DNA from: Candidatus Eiseniibacteriota bacterium
GTDB lineage: Bacteria > Eisenbacteria > RBG-16-71-46
Length of the DNA stretch: 64,000 nt
Assembly (NCBI GenBank): GCA_031370785.1
Contig: JANMQY010000060.1
Location: forward strand, 1-64,000
Direction of reading: 5' to 3'
Shown here in pieces: positions 37,615-46,930 of the stretch; the stretch's first letter is position 1, and every line of letters begins with the position of its first letter. Position numbers and translations under genes: made by a program. The notes under the pieces are model-generated. The model saw only the letters and a list, made by a program, of their open reading frames with translations. It searched no databases and was not told the origin of the DNA.

Positions 37615-39087
37615 TTGAATCGCAAACGCATCTGGATCGCGGTCGGGGTGGTTGCCGTGGTCGTCGTCGCGGGATGGTGGATCAAGTCGCGCGGCAAGAC
37701 CACCGCACCGAAGTGGCGGACCGCCACGGTCGAGCGCGGATCGATCGAATCGCTGGTGTCCGCAACCGGCACCATCCGCCCGGTGGTTCAGGTACAGGTG
37801 GGCAGCCAGGTGAGCGGCACGGTCCTCGCGCTCTACGCCGACTACAACAAGCGCGTGAAGAAGGGTGACGTGCTGCTGCGGCTCGATCCCGCGTCCTTCC
37901 AGGCGCGCCTCGCGCAGAACGAAGCGGCGGTCGCGCGCGCCGATGCGGCGCTCAGGGATGCGCAGCGCCAGCTCAAGCGCGCGCAGGAGCTGTTTCCGCA
38001 GAGCTATATCTCTCAGGCCGAGCTGGACGGGGCCATGCTTGCGGTCGAACAGCGTCAGGCCGACCTCAAGCAGGCGCGAGCGACACTTCAGGCCGCGCAG
38101 GTGGACCTGACCAACGCCACCATCCGCGCGCCGATCGACGGGGTCGTGATCTCGCGCTCGGTGGATGTCGGGCAGACCGTCGCGGCCAGCCTCCAGTCGC
38201 CGCAGCTCTTCCTGCTCGCGAACGACCTCACGCAGATGCAGGTCGAGACGCGCATCGACGAGTCGGACATCGGCCGCATCCATCCGGGGCTCCCGGTAAG
38301 CTTCACCGTGGATGCGTTTCCCGACGATCAATTCGAGGGCAAGGTGGCGCAGGTGCGGCTCGAGCCCATCACCGACCAGGGCGTGGTCACTTACACCACC
38401 GTGATCGAGGCGAACAATCGGGATCTGAAATTGCGCCCGGGCATGACCGCGAACGTGTCGGTGCTCGTGGATCAGCGTGACGACGTGCTCAAGGTTCCCG
38501 CGGTGGCCCTGCGCTTCCGCCCGCCCGCGGACACGAAGAATCGCGCAGCCCGGGACGCGACCCCCGCGACCGGCGGCGCCGCGGCATCGCCGGCCCCCGG
38601 TGCTGCGGCCTCGAGCGCCGGCGCGACAACCGGGGATGCGGGCGCGCAGGCAGGCGGTCGCGGGCGGTGGCGAGCCGGTGGTGGCGCGGGCTCGGACTCG
38701 GCCGGGGCGCGCATCCGCGCACTGGTACAGAGCGGAAAGATCACGCGCGATCAGGGGCGCATCATGTTCCAGCAGCTGCGCTCGAACGGCAGTGGCGCAG
38801 CCGGCGGCGCGGCCGCGGGCGCGGGACGCACGAATCTCAAGCCCGGCACGATCTATGTTCTTCGCGACGGCAAGCCGCAACCGGTACGCGTGCTCACCGG
38901 TATCACTGACGGCACGACGGTCGAATTGGTCAGCGATCAGATCAAGCCTGGCGACATCGTGGTCACCGGGCAGGAGCTCGCGGCCGCGACCGGTCCCGCA
39001 CTGACTCCGCCCCCCGGTATGGGCGGTCCCGTCTTCCGCGGCCCGGGCGGTGGACGCGGCGGCGCCGGAGGCGGGAAAGGGCGATGA
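37615..39087 (+). CDS. Efflux periplasmic adaptor subunit (MacA-like)
   Basis: N-terminal anchor, VQVGSQVSG, IRAPIDGVV, GQTVAASLQSP, LRPGMTANV. Confidence 0.9.
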   Translation: MNRKRIWIAVGVVAVVVVAGWWIKSRGKTTAPKWRTATVERGSIESLVSATGTIRPVVQVQVGSQVSGTVLALYADYNKRVKKGDVLLRLDPASFQARLAQNEAAVARADAALRDAQRQLKRAQELFPQSYISQAELDGAMLAVEQRQADLKQARATLQAAQVDLTNATIRAPIDGVVISRSVDVGQTVAASLQSPQLFLLANDLTQMQVETRIDESDIGRIHPGLPVSFTVDAFPDDQFEGKVAQVRLEPITDQGVVTYTTVIEANNRDLKLRPGMTANVSVLVDQRDDVLKVPAVALRFRPPADTKNRAARDATPATGGAAASPAPGAAASSAGATTGDAGAQAGGRGRWRAGGGAGSDSAGARIRALVQSGKITRDQGRIMFQQLRSNGSGAAGGAAAGAGRTNLKPGTIYVLRDGKPQPVRVLTGITDGTTVELVSDQIKPGDIVVTGQELAAATGPALTPPPGMGGPVFRGPGGGRGGAGGGKGR

Positions 39088-40301
39088 TCTTCAGCTCGCT
39101 GCTTGCCCTTGGCGTTCAGGCGCTGTCGCGCAACCGCCTTCGCTCCGCACTCACCGTGCTCGGCATCGTGATCGGGGTCGCGGCGGTGATCGCGACGCTG
39201 GCGATCGGCCAGGGCGCGCGTGCCGCGGTTCAGGCGCAGATCCGCGCGCTGGGCGCGAACGTATTGACCGTGCTTCCGGGCACCATGACCGCGGGCGGTG
39301 TGCGCATGGGTTCGGGCAGCACTATCACGCTCACGCCTGACGACGCGATCGCGATCCGGCGCGAGTGCCCGGCGCTGGCCGCGGCCGCTCCCGCGGTTCG
39401 CACCACCGCGCAGCTGGTCGCGGCCAATCAGAACTGGAGCACGCAGGTCCAGGGCACGACCGCCGACTATCCCATCATCCGTTCGTGGCCGGTGGCGGAC
39501 GGGGTCTTCATCTCGGATTCGGACGTGCGTGGCGCCGCCAAGGTCTGCGTGCTCGGCCAGAAGGTGGCGCAGGCGCTGTTCCAGGGCGCAGACCCGATCG
39601 GGGCGACGATTCGCATCAAGAACATTCCATTCCGCGTGGTCGGTGTGATGTCGCTGAAGGGTGGCACGGGCTTCGGCGGGGATCAGGACGACGTGGTGTT
39701 CATTCCGCTCACCACCGCCCAGCACAAGCTGCTCGGCATCACTCACGTCAATTCGATCCTGGTCTCCGCGGTCAGCGAGTCGCAGGTCGACGCGGCGGTG
39801 ACTCAGATCAGCGAGCTGCTGCGCCAGCGTCACAAGATCAGGCCCGGCACCGACGACGACTTCTTCATTTTCAATCAGAAGGACATCGCCACCACCGCGG
39901 AATCCAGCTCCAAGGTGATGACCCTCCTTCTCGCCAGCATCGCCGCGGTTTCGCTGCTGGTCGGCGGCATCGGGATCATGAACATCATGCTGGTCTCGGT
40001 CACCGAGCGCACCCGCGAGATCGGGATCCGCCGCGCGATCGGGGCAAGGCGGAACGACATCCTGCTTCAGTTCCTGGTCGAGGCCGCGTTCCTCTCGCTG
40101 GCTGGCGGAGCGCTGGGCGTGGCGCTCGGCATCGTGTCCGCGGTGCTGGTCACGCAGATCGCGCGCTGGCCGACCATGATCCAGCCCTCTTCGGTGCTGC
40201 TGGCGTTCGGATTCGCGAGCCTGGTGGGATTGTTCTTCGGCTTCTACCCCGCGCGCCGCGCCTCGAAGCTCGATCCGATCGACGCCCTGCGCTACGAGTA
40301 G
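39084..40301 (+). CDS. MacB/FtsX-like ABC permease
   Basis: RSALTVLGIVIGV, GGIGIMNIMLVSVTERTREIGIR, LDPIDALRYE. Confidence 0.93.
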   Translation: MIFSSLLALGVQALSRNRLRSALTVLGIVIGVAAVIATLAIGQGARAAVQAQIRALGANVLTVLPGTMTAGGVRMGSGSTITLTPDDAIAIRRECPALAAAAPAVRTTAQLVAANQNWSTQVQGTTADYPIIRSWPVADGVFISDSDVRGAAKVCVLGQKVAQALFQGADPIGATIRIKNIPFRVVGVMSLKGGTGFGGDQDDVVFIPLTTAQHKLLGITHVNSILVSAVSESQVDAAVTQISELLRQRHKIRPGTDDDFFIFNQKDIATTAESSSKVMTLLLASIAAVSLLVGGIGIMNIMLVSVTERTREIGIRRAIGARRNDILLQFLVEAAFLSLAGGALGVALGIVSAVLVTQIARWPTMIQPSSVLLAFGFASLVGLFFGFYPARRASKLDPIDALRYE

Positions 40302-40418
40302 CGCTCAGCGAACGACGGCGCCAGACTCAGTGCGGGCACATCCACCCAGGTCTCGGCGGTGACGCGATCGATGCCGCCGTCGAGGTACCCGAGGCGATAC
40401 GCGTAGCGCTGTCCCGGG
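40302..40418 (-). pseudogene. Short remnant of a secreted-protein gene (pre-CTD-like segment)
   Basis: Translates as PGQRYAYRLGYLDGGIDRVTAETWVDVPALSLA, with no start, abutting the IS fragment. Confidence 0.4.
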
Positions 40419-40419
40419 G

Positions 40420-40610
40420 ACCTCGGCCTTCCTGCGCGATGCGATCGATCAGAAGGGCTCGACTGGCCGGGCAGCTTCGTGCTCCACTATGCAGGTTCAT
40501 CCGGGGCTACTCTCTTCGGGGTTGGAATGGCCTTAGACACCACCCAACTTTCAGCAGAAGGACCCCGGGTGAATCAACTACCCCTGTGAGCAACCTTCTG
40601 AGACTTCACA
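40420..40610 (-). mobile_element. IS481-family insertion sequence remnant (left end plus transposase N-terminus)
   Basis: The minus strand starts TGTGAAGTCTCAGAAGGTTG (IS481-type terminal repeat); ATG 40500 gives MNLHSGARSCPASRALLIDRIAQEG; the flank TCTAGC at 40611-40616 fits NCTAGN. Confidence 0.8.
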
Positions 40611-40611
40611 T

Positions 40612-43314
40612 CTAGCGCACGAGCGCGACGCGGGCGACCGACTCGCGGAACCCCGCAATGCTGAGGCGCGCGAAGTAGACGCCGCTCGCGAGGTGGCCAG
40701 GAAGCGCCGCCTCGAGCGTGCCCACCCCGGCTTCGCGGCGGCCGTGTGCAAGCGAAGCCACCCGTCGCCCGGCCAGATCGAACAGGCTCCAGTCGACCTC
40801 GGCTGCTCTCGGCAATGCGAGCGAGACGCGCAGCCGCTCGTGCGCCGGATTAGGCCACGGCGCGCCAATCGCGAGCCGCGCGGTCCCGGAACCAGCGTCC
40901 GAGATCGGACCGGTCGGAAACGTCACGCGCACGTGGTCGATGTACCAGCCGTGACCGCCCACGAAGTCGTCGGCGCCCATGTGAAAGCGGAGGCTCACGG
41001 ACTGGCCCGCATAGGGCGTGAGGTCGATGATCTCGCTCTTCCATCCATTCGATTTCCCGCTCCAGCACGGCGTGCCCGCTCCGAGCGGCGAGCCCACCGC
41101 GGTGTGAGTGTAGCCGGCGGCCGTAGCAATCGGATCCCAATGAGTGCTGTCCGCGAGAAGCTCGATCCGAACTCCGTCGAATGCGCGCGTCGCGTCGGCC
41201 TGCTCGAGGTCATAGCGATGTTCGAAGCGCACCAGCGTGCCCGGAACCACCGGATAGATCCCCCGCGCCGCCAGCACCGCGTCGAGGTGTGGCGCGTAGA
41301 GGCCGGTGTCGCATGCGCCCGCCTTCCAGCACGTGCCGCCTGCGGGAAAGGACTGATCCTGCGCCAGGTGCCACGGATTCCGGAACGAGTCGGTCTTGAT
41401 GTACGAACTCCAGCCCGCGCCGCCATTCTCGAATTCCTCCTGCCAGTCCCTGCCCACCGTGAACGTGTCGAACGCCGAGTTCGAATAGGTGAGGTTGTGC
41501 GCCAGCGCGCGGTCGCGCGCGACGAACCGGTACGCAACGCGCCCGCCCACCGGCACTCCGGCGCCGAGCGCCGCCGCGAACGAGTCCTGCCCCGCGGGCG
41601 TCGTGGCCATCGAATCGGGCGGCCCGCCGTTCACCGCGAACTCCACCCATACCGAGTCCACGCCGAGGTTGTCGCGAACGCGCGCGAGCACGGTCTTCGG
41701 CAGCTGATCGTCCGGTGCCACCGGCAGAGGGACGTGGATTACGGCGGGCGGGATCGTGTCGGGTCCCGTGAAATACGTGAAAGGCGCCGCGGCTCCCGCT
41801 GCGGGCAGTGTGGCGTCGATGCCGCTCGAATCGCTGGACGCGCTCAGGTAGTACTCGATCTGCGTGCCGTCCGGCATTCCCGGCAGTGCGCCGGCGAAGG
41901 AGTCGGCGGCGACGTTCGCGAGCGGCACGCTGGTGTATGCGCCCGCCCCCGCCAGCCGCCACCATGCGCGGACCGATGAGGGATCGAGCGCGATCGGAAT
42001 GCCGGCCTGCTCGATCCACGCCTGTGCCCCGACCGGTCGCGACACGCCCGCTTCCTCGGTGTCGGGCAGCGGCTGATGCGCGATATGCACGCGGCCGGCG
42101 TGCGAGTCGAGCGTGACGTCCACCGCGGCGCGCCCTTCGGTCGAGCCGGCGATGGTGTTCGGGAAGCGGGTGCGGATGGTGTCGAGCTTCGCGAGATCGG
42201 CGGCGGTCGGGTCGGTGCCACGAGGGACGATCAGCGCGAAGGCGACACGGAACGTGTGCGGCGAGCCGACCGCGTCGGGCACTCGCGGACCGTTCGCGCC
42301 CTCGATGTCCGAGACGTGCCACCACGTGGCGCGCCCGCGGCAGCCGAGCCCGACGATCGGGTTGCTCCGCGGCACGTACGTGCCCGGAGGATCGAAGTCG
42401 GTCGGATCGTTCACGACGAAGAAGGAGTCGGTCTCGGCTTTGGAGCGCAGCCCCATCAGATACATGTCGAGCATGCCGAAGGCGCTGCTCACCCCGTCAG
42501 TGCGGAACGAGTCGGGCGCCGGGGAGATCCAGTCGCATCCTTCCATGAATGACGAATCCACATCGGCGAAGAAGCTCCAGTGCTCCCAGTCCCGACCGAG
42601 CAGGGCGGGCGATGGCTGGCCGGCCGAGTCCACCATCACGTACGCCAGCCAGCGATGCCCGAACTCGTGGGCCAGCACGTCCAACGTGCTGAAGGAGTCG
42701 CCCGGGCCGCCGATGCTGGCGTCGGGGTTCGCCGGGTAGCGGCTGAGAGCGTTCATGTTGAAGAACGTGTGCAGGCGCGATGGGCTGCCGAAAGCGCCGC
42801 CAAAATCGAAGGTATTGAGCCCGATTCCCGTCACGTCATTGCGCACCACATCGCAGGTCGCGAGTGCGCCGGTGGATCCGAGCCAGTCCGGCATCCCGCT
42901 CGAGAGGTAGACGGCGAGCGCATCGTAGTCATCGCCGTGAGCGCGGAAGAACGCGTTCGCGACCGAGACGCCGTCCATGATGGTGCGCACCGATTCGGTC
43001 AGGAAGAAAAACGTGCCGTCGTCCTCGAGCACCGCGATCTCGCCCACGTCGGTCGAGTGCGGCGTCGGCAGAGGCTCGCACTCCCGGCGCTCGAGGTGAG
43101 TGACGAGCGCGTCGGCGACCGATTCGATGCGGGTCGCGCAGGCGCCGGCGGGCGCGTCGCCGAAAGGCGCGTTGGCGGCCGGTGCGGAGCCCGGGAAGAC
43201 TTGCGCAACGCGAGGCGCGGTGGCCCGGATCGGGTCGGCGGGGCGCGCGATCGCGAGGACGGCGCCCGCGACCAGCGCGAAGGTGGCCGCGAAGAGTGGC
43301 AGCGATCGGCGCAT
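40612..43314 (-). CDS. Secreted zinc-metalloprotease-like multidomain protein with T9SS type A-like C-terminal domain
   Basis: Signal peptide; VLAHEFGHRW (HEXXH); C-terminal PWPNP..LFDLAGRRV..LASGVYFARL..RVALVR. Confidence 0.8.
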   Translation of the reverse strand: MRRSLPLFAATFALVAGAVLAIARPADPIRATAPRVAQVFPGSAPAANAPFGDAPAGACATRIESVADALVTHLERRECEPLPTPHSTDVGEIAVLEDDGTFFFLTESVRTIMDGVSVANAFFRAHGDDYDALAVYLSSGMPDWLGSTGALATCDVVRNDVTGIGLNTFDFGGAFGSPSRLHTFFNMNALSRYPANPDASIGGPGDSFSTLDVLAHEFGHRWLAYVMVDSAGQPSPALLGRDWEHWSFFADVDSSFMEGCDWISPAPDSFRTDGVSSAFGMLDMYLMGLRSKAETDSFFVVNDPTDFDPPGTYVPRSNPIVGLGCRGRATWWHVSDIEGANGPRVPDAVGSPHTFRVAFALIVPRGTDPTAADLAKLDTIRTRFPNTIAGSTEGRAAVDVTLDSHAGRVHIAHQPLPDTEEAGVSRPVGAQAWIEQAGIPIALDPSSVRAWWRLAGAGAYTSVPLANVAADSFAGALPGMPDGTQIEYYLSASSDSSGIDATLPAAGAAAPFTYFTGPDTIPPAVIHVPLPVAPDDQLPKTVLARVRDNLGVDSVWVEFAVNGGPPDSMATTPAGQDSFAAALGAGVPVGGRVAYRFVARDRALAHNLTYSNSAFDTFTVGRDWQEEFENGGAGWSSYIKTDSFRNPWHLAQDQSFPAGGTCWKAGACDTGLYAPHLDAVLAARGIYPVVPGTLVRFEHRYDLEQADATRAFDGVRIELLADSTHWDPIATAAGYTHTAVGSPLGAGTPCWSGKSNGWKSEIIDLTPYAGQSVSLRFHMGADDFVGGHGWYIDHVRVTFPTGPISDAGSGTARLAIGAPWPNPAHERLRVSLALPRAAEVDWSLFDLAGRRVASLAHGRREAGVGTLEAALPGHLASGVYFARLSIAGFRESVARVALVR

Positions 43315-43372
43315 GCGAATCCTCGGGGGGGGGCAATGATTCGGCAGCGCTGAAGCCGCTGCAGGCGCGATT

Positions 43373-44830
43373 CTAGCGCATCGGCTCCATGTCGTGGAAC
43401 CAGGTCTCGAGGGAATCGCCACGGGCGGGGCGTTCCGGCGTGTCCGCCCCGGGCGTGCCGCGCAGGGCCAGCCGGGCGTATTCGGCCCGGGTGAGCCACA
43501 CGGTCGGGCGGCCGGTGGTGAATGCGACGAAGTCCGGAGTGTCCGAGAACATGAGGTTACTCCGTGGCGCGGGCCGCGCGGCCAGCGCCGCGCGCTCGAA
43601 GGCGAGCCGGACTTCGAACGTGCGCGCCTCGCGCGCGGCGTCCCTGAGGGTCGGGAGCGAGGTCGGCAGCGCCATCAGGATCAGCAGCGTGATCCAGGTA
43701 CGCGGCCCGCGTCCCCACGCGGGAAGGAACGAGGCGAGCTTGCGCCCGCCGAGCGCTGCGGCCAGCGACCACAGCGGCAGGAATGGAGTGAGGTAGCGAT
43801 CGTCGTAGACCGCGAACGTCATGATCCCGATCGGAATCGCGGCGAGCAGCAGCGCGACCAGGGCCCGCCGCCGCGGCGCCATGAGGGCGCCGATTGCGGC
43901 GAGCCAGCCGGTGGCGCCGGTCGGGGTGAGCAGCGCGCGCTTGAGCGCGTGCGGGAAGAAGTCTCGGGCCTTTTCGAGAACGATGGGCAGCGATCCCGCC
44001 AGCGTCGAGGGCCAGCGCGCCGGGGTCATGTCGAAGTCGCGGATCACGCTCAGCCCGGGACGCGCGCCCCAGTAGCCGATCAGCAGATAGGAGGAGAGGT
44101 TGAACCACGGCGCGCCGCACGCGCGCAGGTTGTGAACCCACCACGGCGCGAGGCACGCCACGCACGCCAGCAGTGCGGCGAGACGCCCGCGGCCGCGCGC
44201 GAGCAACAGCACCGCGGGAAGCGCGCTCAGCATCTCGGGCCGCGCGAGCGCGGCCAGCCCGAGTGCGATCCCGGCGCGCGCGGCCGATCCGGTACCCCCG
44301 GAGGCAAGATTGAGCGCGAGCACGAGCAGAGCGGCGCCGAGCAATAGCGAAGGATCATGGTTCACTGCGCGCAGGGTTCCCGGGGCGAGCGTGAACAGCA
44401 GCGCCGCTCCCGCGCCCACGTCGGGGCCGAAGCGCCGCGCGGCCATGTGGTAGAGCGCGACCGCGGCGAGCAGCGCGAACGCGGCGCTCACCCATGCGAA
44501 GTGGTCGATCACGCGATCGCCGAGCACGCGCAGCAGCGGCGCGACGATCAGCGGGGCCAGCGGGCCGTGGATCAGCACCGGCACAGTGTTCGCCGTATCG
44601 CGAAGCATCCACAGTGGGGGATGGATCACGCCGGTGCGGAATCCGTGCCCCGCGAGCAGCTGGCGCGCGGCCACACCGTATTCCCAGGTGTCATCGAGCG
44701 GGTCCGGAACTCCGGCGCGCAGCACGACGAGATCACTGAACCAGTAGAGCGCGATCGCGGCGAGCGTCGCCACGAGCCACGGCGACATCTGTCGCAATCG
44801 CGACGACGTTCGCGGGCCGGGTTCGGACAT
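43373..44830 (-). CDS. GT-C fold (ArnT/PMT-like) membrane glycosyltransferase
   Basis: DDTWEY..A after TM1, LAALARPE, PWWVHN, RYLTP; many TM segments. Confidence 0.72.
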   Translation of the reverse strand: MSEPGPRTSSRLRQMSPWLVATLAAIALYWFSDLVVLRAGVPDPLDDTWEYGVAARQLLAGHGFRTGVIHPPLWMLRDTANTVPVLIHGPLAPLIVAPLLRVLGDRVIDHFAWVSAAFALLAAVALYHMAARRFGPDVGAGAALLFTLAPGTLRAVNHDPSLLLGAALLVLALNLASGGTGSAARAGIALGLAALARPEMLSALPAVLLLARGRGRLAALLACVACLAPWWVHNLRACGAPWFNLSSYLLIGYWGARPGLSVIRDFDMTPARWPSTLAGSLPIVLEKARDFFPHALKRALLTPTGATGWLAAIGALMAPRRRALVALLLAAIPIGIMTFAVYDDRYLTPFLPLWSLAAALGGRKLASFLPAWGRGPRTWITLLILMALPTSLPTLRDAAREARTFEVRLAFERAALAARPAPRSNLMFSDTPDFVAFTTGRPTVWLTRAEYARLALRGTPGADTPERPARGDSLETWFHDMEPMR

Positions 44831-44919
44831 GGCGCGGCACTCTGGCATGCGTGCAGCGCCGAATCAACCGCGGTGCGCATGCTATAGTCCGCCGTTCGTT
44901 CGGGACGGAGGGGAGCCGC

Positions 44920-46188
44920 GTGAACCTGGACTGGCGCCGCCTGAGGGCGGTGGTGCTCGAGAGCGATGATTGGGGGCTGTGCGCCTGGTCTCCGGACGAG
45001 CAGGCGCGGCTCGTGCTCGCCGACACGCCGGCGTTCCGCAGCCCGGCCGGTGCCCGCTACGGCGGGTCCACGCTGGAGAGCGCGAGCGATGTGCGCGCCC
45101 TCACCGATCTCCTGCTCGAATTCCGCGGTGGCGATGGGCTGGCGCCGGTGCTGCAGGCCAATACCGTGATGGCCTCGCCCGACTACGTCGGCCTCGAGCC
45201 GCCGCTGTTTGCCGCCGGGCAGCTGCCGCTCATCGACTTTCCGCAGACACCCTCGCGCTGGGCCCGTCCCGGGCTGTGGGGCGAGGTGGTGCGCGCGCGT
45301 GAGGCCGGCGTGTGGTGGCCCGAGCTGCACGGCCTGACCCACCTGCCCGAGCACACGTGGCTCTCCGCGCTCCGCCGGGCCGAGGCCGACGCGCGCCGCG
45401 CGCACGAACAGCAGAGCCCGATCTGTCAAGCGGTCGAGTCGAGCGGGGAATACGACGCCTCCGAGCCGATCGAGGTCCGCAGGCGCAATCTCGCGCTGGC
45501 CGTCGAGAAATTCCGGGAGCTGTTCGGGCGTCCGCCGACCTCGTTCTGCCCGCCTGATTACCGCTGGGACGAAGCCTGCGATGCCGACGCCGATCGGCTT
45601 GGCCTGACCACGTTCCAGGGAAAGGCGGAGCGAACCGGATCCGTGCTGCCGCGCCTGCGGCGCGTGCTCGGCCGCTATCCGTGGCCCGACTTCGAGGGAT
45701 CGCGCTTCCATCTGCCGCCGCGCATCGCCTTCGAGCCCTCGGTCACCGATCGCGCTGCGGCGCGGGTCGGCGTCGATGCCGCGCGTAAAGCGGTGCGCAC
45801 CGCGTGGGGGCGGGGCCAGCCCGCGGTGATCAGCTCGCATCGGATGAACTACGTGCATCTCGAAGACGCGCGCGCGCAGGCCGGGCGCTCGCATCTGCGC
45901 GACCTGCTCTCCGCGCTCGCCGAGGACGGCGCCATGTTCCTGACCGACGCCGAGGTGCGCAGCCTGGTCGAGCGCGACTGGTCGGTGCGCCCGATCGCGA
46001 CGCGCGGTGCGCTGGTCCGCTACTACGGCCCGCCGCGCGAGCCTGTGTATTTTCCCGCGCCGGCCGGGGCCGAGGGCGCGACCGTGCGCGAGGGACGTCC
46101 CGGTGAGGCCGAGGTCGCGGTCGAACGAGGCGAGGTGATGCTGCGCGCGAACGTCGGCGAATACCTGCTCGAATGGGGACACGCGTGA
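44920..46188 (+). CDS. Polysaccharide deacetylase-like protein
   Basis: VVLESDDWG, ELHGLTH, SFCPPDYRW, ISSHRMNY motifs. Confidence 0.65.
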   Translation: MNLDWRRLRAVVLESDDWGLCAWSPDEQARLVLADTPAFRSPAGARYGGSTLESASDVRALTDLLLEFRGGDGLAPVLQANTVMASPDYVGLEPPLFAAGQLPLIDFPQTPSRWARPGLWGEVVRAREAGVWWPELHGLTHLPEHTWLSALRRAEADARRAHEQQSPICQAVESSGEYDASEPIEVRRRNLALAVEKFRELFGRPPTSFCPPDYRWDEACDADADRLGLTTFQGKAERTGSVLPRLRRVLGRYPWPDFEGSRFHLPPRIAFEPSVTDRAAARVGVDAARKAVRTAWGRGQPAVISSHRMNYVHLEDARAQAGRSHLRDLLSALAEDGAMFLTDAEVRSLVERDWSVRPIATRGALVRYYGPPREPVYFPAPAGAEGATVREGRPGEAEVAVERGEVMLRANVGEYLLEWGHA

Positions 46189-46898
46189 GCGATGCGTGGC
46201 GGGTGTCCCGGGGCCGGGTCGGGAAGTGGTCGGTGTGGAAGTTCAACTGGCTCGCGAACCACAAGATCATCCGGGTTCTGGAGCGGGCCCGCGTTCACGC
46301 GCACGGCCGTCTGCTCGACGTGGGCTGCGGCTCACGGCCGTTCGCCTCGACGTTCGCCGGCCGGATCACGCACTACATCGGCACCGATCTCTACGCCTCG
46401 CCCTACCTCGACTCGCATCCGCCCGACATCCGCGCGGCCGCTGATGCGCAGCCGATTCGCAGCGCGAGCATGGACACCGTGTTCGGCCTGTCGATGCTCA
46501 CCTACATGCCCGAGCCGCTGCGCATGATCGAGGAGGCGTACCGGGTACTGAAACCCGGCGGCATGCTGCTGCTCGAGTTCACGCAGATGGTCCCGCTGCA
46601 CGACCCGCCGAACGACTACTTCCGCTTCACCCGGTACGGCGCCGCCTATCTGCTCGAGCGGGCCGGCTTCGAGCCGGTCGAGTTCATCCCGATCGGTGGA
46701 CTGTGGGCGCGGGTGGGTCTGAGCACGATCGCCGCGCTCAACCGGGTCAATCGTGGCCCGACCCGTGTGCTGACCGAGATCCCGGTGCGCATTCTCTACG
46801 TGGTGCTGCAGGTGGGATTCGAGCTTCTCGACCGGCTGTGGTTCGACCCGGACGAGGTGCTCGCTCACCTTGTAATCGCGAGAAAGCCGCATTCTTGA
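46185..46898 (+). CDS. Class I SAM-dependent methyltransferase
   Basis: LLDVGCG, RVLKPGG, HDPPNDYFRFT. Confidence 0.9.
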   Translation: MSDAWRVSRGRVGKWSVWKFNWLANHKIIRVLERARVHAHGRLLDVGCGSRPFASTFAGRITHYIGTDLYASPYLDSHPPDIRAAADAQPIRSASMDTVFGLSMLTYMPEPLRMIEEAYRVLKPGGMLLLEFTQMVPLHDPPNDYFRFTRYGAAYLLERAGFEPVEFIPIGGLWARVGLSTIAALNRVNRGPTRVLTEIPVRILYVVLQVGFELLDRLWFDPDEVLAHLVIARKPHS

Positions 46899-46924
46899 CC
46901 CTGTTTTAACACGGGTGCTAGTGT
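46895..46924 (+). promoter_or_regulatory. Putative sigma-70 promoter, probably giving a leaderless transcript
   Basis: TTGACC-N18-TAGTGT with a TG extension; GTG start 7 nt downstream and no SD sequence. Confidence 0.5.
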
Positions 46925-46930
46925 CCCGGC

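Noticed and set aside
37357..38880. Apparent 500-aa N-terminal extension of the CDF transporter ORF
   Set aside because: It overlaps the MacA-like gene antisense; the RBS plus TTG at 37356 gives a normal-sized CDF.
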